Under the pieces are notes generated by a model. That model was given only the letters and a program-made list of their open reading frames with translations. It was not told the DNA's origin and did not search any database. A stretch of DNA of 64,000 nt from the human T2T-CHM13v2.0 reference genome, Homo sapiens. The stretch lies in NCBI RefSeq assembly GCF_009914755.1, contig NC_060931.1; one strand, given 5' to 3'. A program made the translations under genes and the position numbers. Shown here piece after piece: positions 31,777-46,277 of this stretch (within the stretch, counting starts at the first letter, position 1; each line of letters begins with the position of its first letter).

Positions 31777-33971
31777 GGGCACATTGCCTTTATAACTCTA
31801 TTTAATTCCCTTGCTTGCACGTTGAATAGATCTAAATGACTGGGGGAAAAGTAAAAACATAGTCTTTAGTCCCTTTCATTGTGGTAAATTCACTGAATGA
31901 TAGACGGAAATTTCAGCCTTCTTGGGTCTACTGCCAGGTTCTGTAGTTATTTGTATGTCTCATGGAGAAATCCTCATTGATTACACTGTATGGCTAAACT
32001 GACTTAAAACAGATAACTGAGCCTATTTCAAAATTGAAAATTCTTTAAAATGGAAAGTTAGTACTCTATTGTTCCCAAACTGTTGGATTGCATGCCATTT
32101 TCCCAAACTCACAGACGTTGATAAGATTTCAGGCAAGGGGAACAAGGAAGGGGTCACAGTGGAAGCGAATTCTTCCCCTTTTTCTGACTGTGTTTGCCCA
32201 CCTGTCCTTTACCCTTCGCAGTTCTATTCTGAGAGGTATGTGAGGAAGATGGGAGCCACTGCTGCTAGATTGTTGCCATTAACCAGCTTTCATGGCTTTT
32301 GTGGGAGCCTCCTTTTCATTAGTATTTGCAACATGTTCACCAGCAAAATGATTATGTTAGGCAGAGACATCACATCACTTACATTTCATAGCTCAGTGCA
32401 ATTTTCATAAACTGCGAGGCAACATCCAAAAAAAACATGACTCAGAATTAGAGTTTCAGAAGATTATTATATAGACATTATTTCCCTCAGGTCACGGGCT
32501 TTAGTCAAATTTGGAGGAGAATGAAATTGCCAACAGTGAAAAGCAGACAGAAAGGTATGAGTTCATGAGCAGAGAAATAACATTTTCATTTGTTCCTTCC
32601 CCATGGGAAAGATTCAGCATTCCGGTAAATGGAGACGGTTATAAGAAATGAATTTTTGTCAGCAGGGATGTGATTTTAAGGCTCACTTATCCATTGGCAA
32701 TCTAGATTTCTAACCCCAGGAATCTGGGAAATTGCTACAGAATGTAGTCTTTATTATAAACAAGTTTTTTTTTTTGGGGGGGGGTAGTTTTTCCCTCCTT
32801 CTTTTCTTGGTCAGAGCTTTTTAAGACGAAGGACTACATTTCTTTCTGCATTTCTGGGGTCAGATGATTGCAGATTTCCCATCTGCCCTGAGTTTCTCTC
32901 CATTGCTGTTGCTTTGTGATGGAAACCCTTTCTTTCCTCCTCACCAAGCTTCCCTCACTCTGTCGTTGCTTTTCCTAACCCCCCTGTGTTTATCCAGCAC
33001 GACACTGACAATATTGAAAGCTGCAAACTTCCTATATGGCCATGGAGTGGTGGATCTATGGCCTGATCTCTCTGTTCCCCAGCATTTACAGGATGTCTTG
33101 TGCTGCTGCTGATTCTATATCCTCAGTTCTTTTGTGTCTGTGGACCTGAAAGAGCAAGGCAGGAAATACAGCTTTCCAGGTAGCTCTCATTTTACCAGGT
33201 ATAAAGAGCGAGGATTTGCAAGGTTTCTGTAAGGTAATCCCAGACAACCTTCTTCGTAATTAAAGAACGTTCTTTCATGGGAAATTTTATTTTCCTTCTT
33301 CGATTTCATCAGATGCTTCTCAGCCCATCACTCATTCAGATTCTATGCAATGGTTCTTTTTCTAGCTAGAGTACATCCTTGAGAGTAGAAAATATTTCAT
33401 ATAATCTAAACCCTTCATTTCTAGAGATGCAGATAGATTCTGTAACATTAATCTCACCTTTATATTTTTTCAATTTTTAATAACTTGAAAATATGTATAT
33501 CTAATGCCTTCTTTCCCTATGCACTTTTGCTTATTTTAATATTTCTCAACACCATAAGCTATTTGCCCAGCTGCATCCTTATTAGACAGTGCTATTGCCT
33601 GCCAAAGCTTTTTGAGAGCAAATTGCATTGCCTTCATTATTATTATGTCTACAATATAATGATTATGAAACATCATTATTATAGTTGATTAATAAATGAT
33701 AATTGATGACTCTCAGTTCATAGGATTTGGCCCATGAAATTCATCACAATTTGTAAACTTTTCTCCAAACCTTCAAGGATTCTAAAAGGATTGATTTTGC
33801 TGCAAAGTATATGCGATTACATTTTTTGATACCTAGTAAGTAGTAGTGGTTGAGGATTCACTGGCCTGGCCAGAGTGAGGGTGTATACTAAATGTCTGTG
33901 GGGTTTCAATTTCTTCCTATTGAATTCTTTTAAAATGTAGAGTCTCTTACCACTGGGAGTTTGGGGAACTT

Positions 33972-34262
33972 CGCACAGTGGCTCATGCCTGTAATCCCAG
34001 TACTTTGGGAGGCCGAGGTAGGTGGATCACGAGGTCAGGAGATCGAGACCATCCTGGCTAACACAGTGAAACCCTGTCTCTACTAAAAATGCAAAAAATT
34101 AGCCAGGTATGGTGGTGGGTGCCTGTAGTCTGAGGCAGGAGAATGGCGTGAACCCGGGAGGCGGAGCTTGCAGTGAGCCGAGGTCGTGCCACTGTACTCC
34201 AGCCTGGGCAACAGAGCGGGACCCCGTCTCAAAAAAAAAAAAAAAGAAAGAGAGAAAGAAAA
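33972..34262 (+). mobile_element. AluY with ~18-bp internal deletion
   Basis: gagatcgagaccatcctggctaacac and gaatggcgtgaacccgggaggcggagcttgc; tgtagtc|tgaggc deletion. Confidence 0.9.
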
Positions 34263-34437
34263 TGTTGACGGAAGGCATTCTATCTCAGTCTCTGCAATGA
34301 GCCATTCGCATTTTGTGGAATCCTTTCTGGCATTAATTGGGGGACAGAAACAGCATCTGGCATATTTACATGACAGTAGCATGTACTTCTCTTTTATATG
34401 TCATTCATTCGTACTTCCAATAAGTTCTTTTCTAATA

Positions 34438-36853
34438 TGAGCATACATTGCTTTATTGTGCTTGGCAGATACTGTATTTTTTACAAATTAAAGTTTTGTG
34501 TAAACCTTACATCAAGCAAGTCTGTCAGCACCGTTTTTCCAACAGCATATGCTCACTTCATGTCTCTGTGTGACATTTTGGTAATTCTTGCACTATTTCA
34601 AACTTTTTTATTATAATTATAACTGTTGTGGTGATCTGTGATCAGTGATCTTTGATGTTACTATTTTAGTTATTTTGGAGTGACATAAACCTCGCCCATA
34701 TAAGAACAGTGTGTGTTCTGTTTCACCAACCTGCCTTTCCTCTCTCTCTCTCTCCTTCCCTGGCCTTCCTATTCCCTGAGACACAACAATATTGAAATTA
34801 GGTCAGTTAATAACACTACACTGGACTCTAAGTGTTTGAGTGAAAAAAGAGTCTCATGTCACTCACTTGAATAAATCAAACTCTAGAAATGATTTAGCTT
34901 AGTAAGGAAGGCATGTTGAAAGCCAAGATGGGCTGAAAGCTAAGTCTCTTGCACCTGTTGGCCAAGTTGTGAATGCAAAGGAAAAGTGATTAAAGGAAAT
35001 AATAGGTGCTACTCCAGTGAACACATGAGTGATAAGAAAGTGAAACAGCCCTTTTGCTGATATGGAGAAATTTTAGGAGTCTTGATGGGAGATGAAACCA
35101 GTTACAACATTCCCTTAAGCCAAAACCTAATCCATACAAGGCTCTCTGTTCAATTCTGTGGAGAGTGAGAGAGGCAAGGAAGCTGCAGAAGAAAAGCTGG
35201 AAGCTATCAGAGTGTGGTTTAAGAGGTTTAAGGAAAGGAACTATCTCTAGAACAGAAAACTGCAGGGTGAAACACAAGTGCTGATGGAGTAGCTGTGGCA
35301 TGTTACCCAGAAGATCTAGCTAAGATCATTGATAAAGGTGGCCACGTTGAATAACAGAGTTTTACTGTAGACAAAACAGCCTTCTATTAGAAGAAGATGC
35401 CACCTATGACTTTCAAAGCTAGAAAGGAGAAGTCCCATGCCTAGCTTCAAAGGACAGGCTGACTCTTCGTAGGAGGCTAATGTAGCTGGTGACTTTAAGT
35501 TGAAACCATTGCTTATTTTATCATTCCAAAAATTGTAGGGCACTTAAAAATTATGCCAAATCTGCCCTGTGCTCTAGAAATAAAACAACAAAGCTGGGAT
35601 GACAGCACATCTGTTTACGACATGGTTTACTAAATATTTTAAGCCCGCTATTGAGACCTACTGCTTGGAAAAAAAGATTCCTTTTAAAGTATTACTATTC
35701 ATTGATAATGTACATGATCACCCAAGGGCTCTGATGGAGTTGTACAAGGAGATAAATGTTGTTTTCATGCCTGGTGACAGAACATTTATTTTACCATTCA
35801 TGGATCAAGAAGTAATTTCAACTTTCAAGTCTCATTATTTAAGAAATGCATTTCATAAGGCTTTAGCCACCGTAATTAGTGATTTCCTCTGATGGATCTG
35901 GGCAAAGTCAATTGAAACCTTTAGCAAAGGATTCCCCATTCTAGATGCCATTAAGAACATTCATGACATATAGGAGGAAATCAAAATACCAACATGAACA
36001 GGAATTTGGAAGAAGTTTATTCCAAACTTAATGGATGTCTTTGAGGTGTTCAAGGCTTCAGTAGAGGAAATTGCTGCAGATGCATGGAAATATCAAGAGA
36101 ACTAGCATTAGAATTGGGGCCTTGAAGGTGTTACTGAATTTCTGCAATCTCATCACCAAAATTGAACAGATGAGGAGTTGCTTCTTTATGGATGAACAAA
36201 GAAAGTGTTTTCTTGAGATGGAGTCTACTCCTGGTGAAGATGCTGTGAATGTTGTTGAAACTACAGCAAAGAATTTAGAATATTCCATAAACTCAGTTGA
36301 TAAATCAGTGGCGGTATTTGAGGATTGACTTCACTTTTTAAAGAAGTTCTATGTGGGTAATATGCTATCAAACAGCTTCCCATGCTACAGAGAAATCTTT
36401 CATGAAAGGAAGAGTCAGTTGATGGAGCAAACTTCATTGGTGTCTTACTGCAAGAAATTGCCACAGCCACCCAACCTTCAGCAACCACCAGTCTGATCAG
36501 TCAGCAACCATCAACATGTATGCAAGACCCTCCACCAGCAAAAAGATTATGACTTGCCAAAGGATACCTGCAAAAATCCATCCACCAGACTCAGGTGTTT
36601 GTTAGCATATTTTTAGCAATAAAGCATTTTTAAAATTAAGGTAACTACATTGAATTTTTAGACATAATGCTATTATACACATATAGCCTAATATGTCTAT
36701 TAGTTTTAGACATAATGCTATCAATTATGTTAATAACTTAACATAATTTTTGTGTTCACTGGGAAACCAAAAGTTCATGGGACTTGCTTTATTGCAATAT
36801 TCATTTTATTGTGGTGGTTTGGAACCAAATCTACAATGTCTTAGGTATTCCTG
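34438..36853 (+). mobile_element. Tigger1 (pogo/TcMar DNA transposon), essentially full length, about 2.4 kb
   Basis: Degenerate termini tgagcatac... and ...aggtattcctg flanked by TA (34436-37, 36854-55); collinear Tigger1 internal sequence. Confidence 0.92.
34870..36330 (+). pseudogene. Disrupted Tigger1 transposase (CENP-B/pogo-like)
   Basis: Fragment 35599-35892 [11 protein letters not shown]...[17 protein letters not shown]...[17 protein letters not shown] is DDE-domain-like; many stops and frameshifts. Confidence 0.85.
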
Positions 36854-38039
36854 TATTTTCATTAAGAAGTAGTATGACTATCTCACATAAAGGCTGATAA
36901 CCTGGAAGACACTTAGATTTCAATATAGTTTGGAACCTGTCTGGATTCCATGTATTACTTCAACAGGAGTGAAGAATCCCATAGTCTGATGAATTTTTGC
37001 AGGTATTCTCTTCACCATAATGAGGTTTCATTAGGGTTACTGCTAGAATAGGATTGTTTGTTATTAGTTTCCAATGAAGGATGGAATATTCTCAATGTAG
37101 GAATTCATAGTACGTACAAGAAAGCTATAGATATTGTTAGTATAATAATTATACAATAGTAGTAGTATAATAAAATATTCAAGCAATCACTTAATAATTA
37201 CTTCAAGTCTCACTGTCTGCCCTCCAGAATCAGGAGCAGGATGTCTGAACTCCTCATTCTTTACACTTTTACTCAAAAGCTCTTAACTCTAGAGACAGTC
37301 TTTAACTTTTTGGTATTTGGTTTCTTCTTTTGTGCAATGGCAATGATTCTGCCTGTGCAAACAACTGTCAACTGTTTTTCTCAGCAGTGCTAGTGTAAAT
37401 GAAGTTGAATATTAGGAATAATTAACCTTCCTTGCTTACATATGCCATTTGATAATGCTCAATCTTCTTTGTTAAGAAAACAATGCAGTAAAATCTTTGT
37501 TAATTGAGATGAAGTGTTGTTTATTTAAATTTGGATCATTCTGAAAAATATATTTGTTCCAACAGGCTTATTCCTGAAAATCTTTCTAAAATATGTTCAG
37601 TGTCTGTCTGCCTTAGAATGGTCCCCAAATATAATTGAATCTCTCTCTGGTGATGGGTTGTCTTGCACAGCCTAGGACCCATCATACTGGAGTGCTTTTC
37701 TCTCTGAATCAAGCAGCAGATAACGGAATTTGGACTGCTTTGATCTCAGATCATACCCTGGAAGTTGTGTTTTAATAAGTAAATTTCTTATATGAATTGT
37801 TTTCTTAGTGTTGTACCTCATTCTTCATAAAAGTAAAAAGTATATTAGCAAGTTACAGAACAAGAAGTATCATGTTGCCTAATCAATGCAAAATATCATC
37901 ATTTCCTAGACAACTTCACAGGAGACATAGCATGATTAGAAGGTCAGACTTGATTAAATCCCGTGCTTTGCCCTTAGTTTTTTGAAATTTCAAAGGAGGC
38001 AATCTCTCTGTCAATAAATTTTCAAATTTTATAAATAAT

Positions 38040-38540
38040 AGTAATCCTGATGCCAGCAAGCAGTTATTGAGCTTTGTGTGCCAAGTACTGTTCTAAGCAT
38101 GTTTCAAGTAATAACTCACTTCTTCACAATGAGCCTTTCAAGGAGGTACTGTTATTGACATCATTTTTCTAGTGAGGAGCCTGAGGCTTAGATTCAGAAA
38201 CCTGTGAGTCGCCATATAGCTAGTAGCTGGCCGAGCCATGATTTGAACTTAGCTGTGCTCAAAACCACCACACCATGATACCTCAGAGATGAATGTGTGC
38301 GTGGTGGTTATGGGAGAAGAGAACCACATTTACTTATTTTTTGTCTGGGTCTTGCATGGTGTTTTAGATCATTTCATTTCTGTTATTTCATTTTGAAACA
38401 TTTCTACTATAATTATTATCCATATTTTACATATAGGGAATCTAGTCTCAGAAAAACTGAAGCTTATAACCAATATTTTACAGCTAGTGATAATGAGGGA
38501 GCAGACATTTGAACTTGACAACCTAAATTCAGGTTCTGGC
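38040..38540 (-). mobile_element. Two MIR fragments
   Basis: ttattgagc...gtgccaagtactgttctaagc...gaggagcctgaggctta; second copy ccatattttacatataggg...atttgaac. Confidence 0.7.
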
Positions 38541-38784
38541 TAGGGGTTTCGTTAAGGAAAGGAAAAATTCCCTCCAACAAAGGTCATTTTTATGATGTGT
38601 AAGTGATTTAAGCTTTCTGTATACCACCCCACCCCTTACAAAGATTTGTGTTTTCATTTTTAATTAAATCTGTCTGTTCTGCATTCTCATTGTTTGGACT
38701 TTTTTCAAATCATTGCTAATACACTGGTTCTTCTTCCTGTTAGTGGTTTGTGGTTGACTGGTTCATCTTCTACCGTTAACATAA

Positions 38785-39051
<267 letters not shown>

Positions 39052-39345
39052 TGATGTCCTTTAGCCCCGTGAAGAGTGAATGTCCCTGTGGTGCCATTAG
39101 CCACTTGTACAGTGTCCTGAGAATATTTTAAGAGAAATATGAATGGCAGTACCACTTGGATACCAATTAAAAATACTTTTTTTTTTCAGTGAAATACGTC
39201 TTTAAACCTGCAAGACACAGAGGGTTGGTTCTCTTGGTTTCCTTAGTCATTATTGACATCATCTATAACTTTCTGTTGAAATAACAAGGATTTTTATGGA
39301 AAGCTGTTTTTGTTCCTGTTCCTGTTGCCAGTTTTCACATCCTTA

Positions 39346-39677
<332 letters not shown>

Positions 39678-41759
39678 TGTAGGTCTTATGGAGTCACAGA
39701 GTCTTAATGAATCTCCATTGTTATATGACAGGGTCTTATGGATGTCTTTTGGAATGCCCAGCAGCAAGTGGGCAGCTTCTTAACAACCCACTGTGACTCA
39801 TGAGGAAGTGTGTCTTTGTGTTGTTTATGACTGTGTTTTTATGGGTAGGACTTCCCACTGTCTCACTTTCCTGGCTTGCCTTCTCTTCTGTTTACCCTGG
39901 CCCCACCTTTGGCTCAGCTGGGCACTACGGGTTTTACCAGAGTCAGTTGGAATGCAAGTGCATCACACCAGCTCTCCATCTCCCTGTGGCATTTTATGGC
40001 TCAGAGAGGATTGGAACTAAACCTTGGGTGGCTCATGATCGGTTGTACCCAGCCAAGTCTGGAGAAATGGAGAAAATGCCTGGGTTTGTTAGTCTACATG
40101 TCCTTCACATTCTTACAGACACGTCTTTTGAGTCCAGAGAAATGTAAATCTTTTCCTTTTTGTTTTTAGTGGTTTATTTCTCAGGCCCTGAAGCATGAGT
40201 TTTGGTCACCCCTACAGCAGGGGAGATTTCTTCAAAAACAGCTGTGATTATCCGAAGGTGTTACATTGTGCTTTTCTTTTCATGCATTTTTAGCACCTGC
40301 ACATCATAGTTTTCCCGGGAACCTCCAGCAGTGTCACCTGCTAACTTGGCAGACTGGAGAGACTCTCAAAGCCATGTCTGACTTCTGTGTCCATCTGGAT
40401 TATTTCTGTCACATGATGATTTGGCAGATGTTTTCTGCAGATCTCTAGCTCTGGTAAACAATGGTGAACTGGGCCCATATACTCAACTTGTAAAGAGTGA
40501 TTTCCCCAAAAACAGGAGACAGACATTTAGCAAGATAGGGGCTCCTTCATGTGAAAGTTGATCTCTAAGGTTAGTATAAATTTTCTGATCTAGAGGGAAT
40601 TATAGGACTCTGAGGCCCACCCTTACTAGCTTGCCACCAGGCTTGGTATAACCTTCATTGCAAATGCTAGGATTCATGCTTTGGTTGTACATGAAGGGGA
40701 TTATTTCTGGGTGGTATTTTATCTCCTACTCTCAGACTCTTTCAGATCTAGCTGGATGTTCAACATAAGCCTTTTGTGTAATTCCCATGGGCTGTAGCTC
40801 TGTGGCTTGAGTAGTGGTCACAGGAGCTCTAATGCCAGAATAAATGATGCTGCTAACAGAAAAAAGTAGGGCTCATTTCTCTGCAAAATGCTGCACAAAG
40901 AAGACTTTCTTTGCTTCTTCTGGTACATGTGGTAAGCGTAGAAATAGTTTATTATGGAAGTCTTTCAGCCACAGGTCTTTCTAAGGCAAAATTGTATCCT
41001 CCAGGGAAACTAAAATAAATACCAGCCTAATAAACTTCAGATTTTAAAAAATAAGTTATCATATTGCATTTCTGTAAGAAGAAAAATATGAAAGGTTGAT
41101 GTGTGTTTTTATTCCACTTTGATTTACTTCCCAAGCTGTCCTGTCCCAATTCAATCTTAAAATGGAAGAAAATACTTTATCATTTGAAGAAGGATGAATG
41201 TAGTACAGAATTCAATTTTTAAGAATTCAAGGTAGGGGAAGTAAATTTTGATGCCAACTTTCAAGTTTTTAAAGAATAAAATAAAATAAACACATACACA
41301 CACAGTTGGCTTTGTGTTGGAAGTTAATGATAGATGTCTTCTCGGTATTCTTTGCAAAGGAAGTCTTCCATCCAGGCTTTCCCTCATTTGTTTTTAATTA
41401 CAGTCATGGTCTACCTGGCCTTCTCACTAGCACTAGCTCCCTATGCCTTTTGCTTTGCTCTTAGGCCGGGCTTTTGGTCCCTCCCTCCTCATCTCTGGTT
41501 CTCTCGCTATTCCTTGGCTCCTCTTGTCTTGCTGCCCAGTTTGGCTCAGGTACATGAACTGCAACCTACATTCTGCCATCCCTGCAGCTGCACAAGCCTG
41601 TCGTTTTCCATACTATTGTATTTTCAGGTCTAACATGTCCCCTTTTTACTGCCCTTTCTCAGTCTACTTTAGTGGTTATTATCTTGTCATCAATCTCTTT
41701 AAATATGGCTAGGCTCCGAAGATTCCTCTATTGACTATTGTGTTTGCTTTATTTTATAA

Positions 41760-42150
41760 AATTTATTATTAAATAAAGCTAGGAAATGTAATATAATAGG
41801 CTTCCATTTACCCACCACCCAGCTTGAAAAGCAATTCTGAATTTGCTATTTATGTTACTAATTTCTTTATATATTTTTCACATATGCAAATCAACAAATA
41901 TATAGTATGCTTATATTTTGGAAAATTGTATCTTATTCTTTATGTGCTTTTTTAACTTTTTAAATGGAAGATGATGCTTGTGAGATTAATTCAGGTTGCT
42001 ATGTTTTGCTCTTCCACTACTGCATAGTATTCTATTTTAAGCCTATGCCACCATTTATTCTATTTATGAGCATTCAGATTGTTTTCATTTTTGTTATTAC
42101 GAACAATGTTTCTGTGAACATGCTTGTACAGATCTCCTTGCACTTCTGTC
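41760..42150 (-). mobile_element. Old L1ME-type 3' fragment
   Basis: tacccaccacccagcttga...actgcatagtattctatt...gaacaatgtttctgtgaacatgcttgtaca. Confidence 0.55.
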
Positions 42151-42352
42151 AATTTATTATTTCAGCATATTTTATTGAGCACCTATTAGTGCTTGGCGTG
42201 ATTGATACAAGACTGCTAAAACAAGTCGTATCTTGAAGCCATATGCTTTAGAGAGACAAACAGGCAAATTCTGTTGTAGGAGTCTTCTCACCTATCTTCT
42301 TATTTTTATTTCACTCCTCCTTTGTCATATTTCACAGTTCTGCTAAAGTTAA

Positions 42353-42972
<620 letters not shown>

Positions 42973-42989
42973 GAGCTAACTTTTTAAAC

Positions 42990-43400
42990 ATAGTTTTAAT
43001 CATTACTGTTATTGTCAAAAACATTCAAAGTCTCCCTGTTGCTTATGTGATAAAGTTGATACTCCTCAGCTTGCCATTCAAGAACCATCCTAGCTTAACC
43101 TTTTCTCCTGTTTACATCTCACCCATACACCTTTCAGATGCCAGTGTCATTTCCCTTTCATGCCTCTCAGTGATATTTCTTTACCCTTAGCTATCTTGCC
43201 TGTTTTGAACTTTATCCAGGATGTTGAGGCTTTACTCAGTTTTCAAGATCCAAATGAAATAGTTTATTATTCCTCTTATACCCTTCGTCTAAGTGTTTAT
43301 TGCAGATAGTGGGATATGCATTTGTTTAGCTGACTAGGAGCAGGAACCATATGGTAATTGCCTCCAACATAGTAGGACCTCATTAATTAAAATAATAATT
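42990..43400 (+). mobile_element. L2 fragments
   Basis: aaacattcaaagtctccctgttgctta...actcctcagcttgccattcaag...catagtaggacctcattaa. Confidence 0.5.
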
Positions 43401-44219
43401 TATAATCAAATCGAACTGAATGGATCATTTGGTTCTCAGCTTTGCTGTTAAAACTCTTTAATGGTCCTAATGGGAGGAGGGAGTAGAAATAGAGTGAATG
43501 TTTTAGTTTTCTGTTGCTTTTCAAATGTTTCTGACTCTCAATAAGTGCTTGTAGCTTACTAACCGAGCAACCATTCTAAGCGGGATCCTTACCACATCAA
43601 AGTGGGATAGGTTGAGAAGAAAACTGGCTTTAGTAAGAGAGACAGATTCTTCATAAAAAAAAAAAAAAGACCATATTCTCACCTTAGTAGGATTGAACTA
43701 AAGCATACTTAAACCAGCTTCCATTCTCATCTCTTGGTCACCTCCTTTCTGCCTTTTGGGTGGCAATACACGTTGATGGCCTGTCACCTATCATGCCCTT
43801 CTACTTATCTCCAGTCCCCAGGGTAGAAGGCAGATGTGGCTGCATGTGAATAAGGGGAAGCCCGAGTCCACTGTGTCCGCGTTTCCATTTTGAAGGAAAA
43901 TGGGAGAAATGAGGCCAGTGGTTTGATAAATTATATCAAAAATAGTCCCTTCATGCTAATGGAGTGCGAAGAAGCTGATGTACTGGAGATGATCTATAAT
44001 ATTTCATATTTCTCTGAGGAGAAAAATGATAAACTTGATGATGTGCAATTTATTCATGTTTCTTCAGATGAGAAAAAAAAATCCTCAAGTCAACTAACTG
44101 CCTGTTTCTCACTCCTGGAAGCTGGCATGTGGATTTTACACTGGGATTGGAGGCTGGGCTTGTTTAGAGAAATGCCTAGAGAGACTTTGATTAATCACCA
44201 GACCTTTGGCAGTTGGTTG

Positions 44220-44680
44220 GGAGAGGGTAATTACGCTAGCATTGCCACTATTTTATCATCGCTATTTTATGGCTCTACACCGCCAGGTGACAAATGTGTT
44301 AATTATTGCATTTCTTATCCTGGACTTCTCTTGCCTGCCCCCTCCCCTCATGGTTTTGGCCCTTAGTCCTTCTCTGCAGCTCAGCCCTGGACGGCAGTAA
44401 CTTGTGCAATCAAAGAGCTGTTCTTTGGGAGCCATGCTGAGAGGGACAGGGCTATCAGCCCTGCTGTGTGCAGACGCTAACCACGGGGAGCTGGTTAATT
44501 CCCTTTCCTCTTCCTTCTGCCCATCACCCTTTGGGTCAAGTGCTGCTCAGAGCCAGAAGCTCCACTGGCTTCTTTAATAACTGAAAATAGCACCCCTGGA
44601 CTGGGCCATTTCACTCTAAATAGCCCCCTGGAGGAGGTTAGAAACAGAGGTTGTCTTAGGCAAAGAGATTTAGGAGGTAA
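44220..44680. promoter_or_regulatory. Candidate enhancer or alternative promoter
   Basis: No repeat recognised. Near-MEF2 A/T boxes at 44248, 44262, 44581 and 44614; E-box caggtg 44284; GATA cttatc 44314; C/EBP-like ttgtgcaat 44402. Confidence 0.35.
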
Positions 44681-44749
44681 AATTGTCCTTTTTCTGTCTT
44701 TTTCTTTTTTTTTTTTTTTTGTTGCCCCTTCTGTCTTTCTGTTACCCAG

Positions 44750-44918
44750 AGAAAGCTTCACAAGCATGCCTGTAATTTAGTTGCACCATTTTATTACAGC
44801 TGAAAGAATTGAATGTAAAGAAGGAAGTTTAATAGAACATATAATTCAGCAGATTTATTGATGGGGAGGTATCTATTGTAGTTTGGCCAGTGAAGGCAGG
44901 TCATAGAGGAAAATTTAG
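44750..44918 (+). other. Candidate non-coding (5'UTR-type) exon, 169 nt
   Basis: About 55-nt polypyrimidine tract plus CAG acceptor (44747-44749); perfect AG|GTAAGT donor (44919-44924); stops in all three frames. Confidence 0.5.
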
Positions 44919-46124
44919 GTAAGTCGGATTTTCTTTAAAAAGAGGCCCAAGAGTTAGTACCTCAGGATTTTGTTTTCTTCTGTTCCTTGGGCATGCTGGA
45001 AATTTGTTAGCTCTTAAATCAACAACTTGTTATTGACAGTCATCTTTTTGCTGGAGAACGTATTAAAATAAGTATAATTATGGTGCCTGACCTCAAAAAG
45101 AAAACCAGTTGGTTATATAACTCTAAAAAGATGAGTAGCCACAGAGTGTAGAAAGCCACAGAGAAGAGCAAATGCCATTGTTGGGAAGCAGAGCCTATGC
45201 TGGGTAAAGTTTCCTGGGAGTTTCATCCTCCAAGAACAAGAATTTCTTCTTCTGACCCTCCACCTTCTCTGGAAATGGGGTGCCACATCTTTTGCCTTCT
45301 GGCTAAATTTTTGTTTATTATATGCCTCTTTCACTAGAATGCAAGAACATGACTACTTGGTTATGTTCTTGCTTGTAATCCTTGTTTTTAGAACAAGACC
45401 TGACAACTCGATTATGGTCAGTATATATATTTTTTGGATGTATGAATGAATAAATGAAATGAGATCTTAACATGTAACTATCTTCTTTTAGACTACACAG
45501 GGTTTTGACTATAATTGAAATTTTTAGGCTTCTTCAGCTCTCTCTTTTTTGGGTCCAAAGGATGTCTCAAACCAAATAAGAAATTCCTTCTTATTGATCT
45601 AGTGGTTACAGACAAGAGACGCCAGCCTTCTTTGTCTTTTGGAAGTTAGGAGTGTGTCCCTGAGGAAACTATGCCCTGGGAAGGTTCTTTATTTATAATA
45701 CAAAATTTCTTTTTTGTGGTTGAGCTAGATACAGATATTTTTCAATTTTTCCTTTCTTCGAAGGCTATATTTTGGCTTAATCTGTACTTACAGCATAACT
45801 ATTCATGCTAATTATAATTCATATATGAAAATGCACCAAATATGACTATTAGAAGCTTTTGAAATACTGTTTGATACTTTGCAATATAGTTATTTATGCA
45901 TATCTGCATTTGATTTTAAACTTCTTGAAGTAATGTTTTATTTATTTTTGTATCTCCATTGCTCAGCAAAGGGTGGCACATAGTAGGTCCTTCATGAACT
46001 AATATTCACTAGAGCACTGTGGGAACTTATTTGCAACACCCTTGGCATCTCTCTTATCCATTGGGGATAGCAAGTAATTTGAACTGTCAAAACCAGTGGT
46101 GTTGCTTTGGGCCTAAATGACATT

Positions 46125-46128
<4 letters not shown>

Positions 46129-46159
<31 letters not shown>

Positions 46160-46277
46160 AACGAGGATCTTCCTATGTTGCGCTCGCTAGTGGTCTTCAA
46201 CCTCTGGCCTCAAGTGATCCTCCTACCTTGGCCTCCCAAAGTGCTGGGATTACAGTTGTGAGCCACCGCACCTGGCC
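46129..46277 (-). mobile_element. FLAM/AluJ monomer
   Basis: Single left monomer with T tail; TSD-like acattaaact / acattcaact. Confidence 0.85.

Noticed and set aside
35599-36328. Transposase-like ORFs as a domesticated TIGD gene
   Set aside because: Fragmented by stops and frameshifts inside a TIR-bounded Tigger1, and the catalytic-region motif is degenerate.
43890-44366. 158-aa ORF, the longest outside the L1
   Set aside because: Starts at TTG, has no recognisable domain and no coding-exon splice context; consistent with chance.
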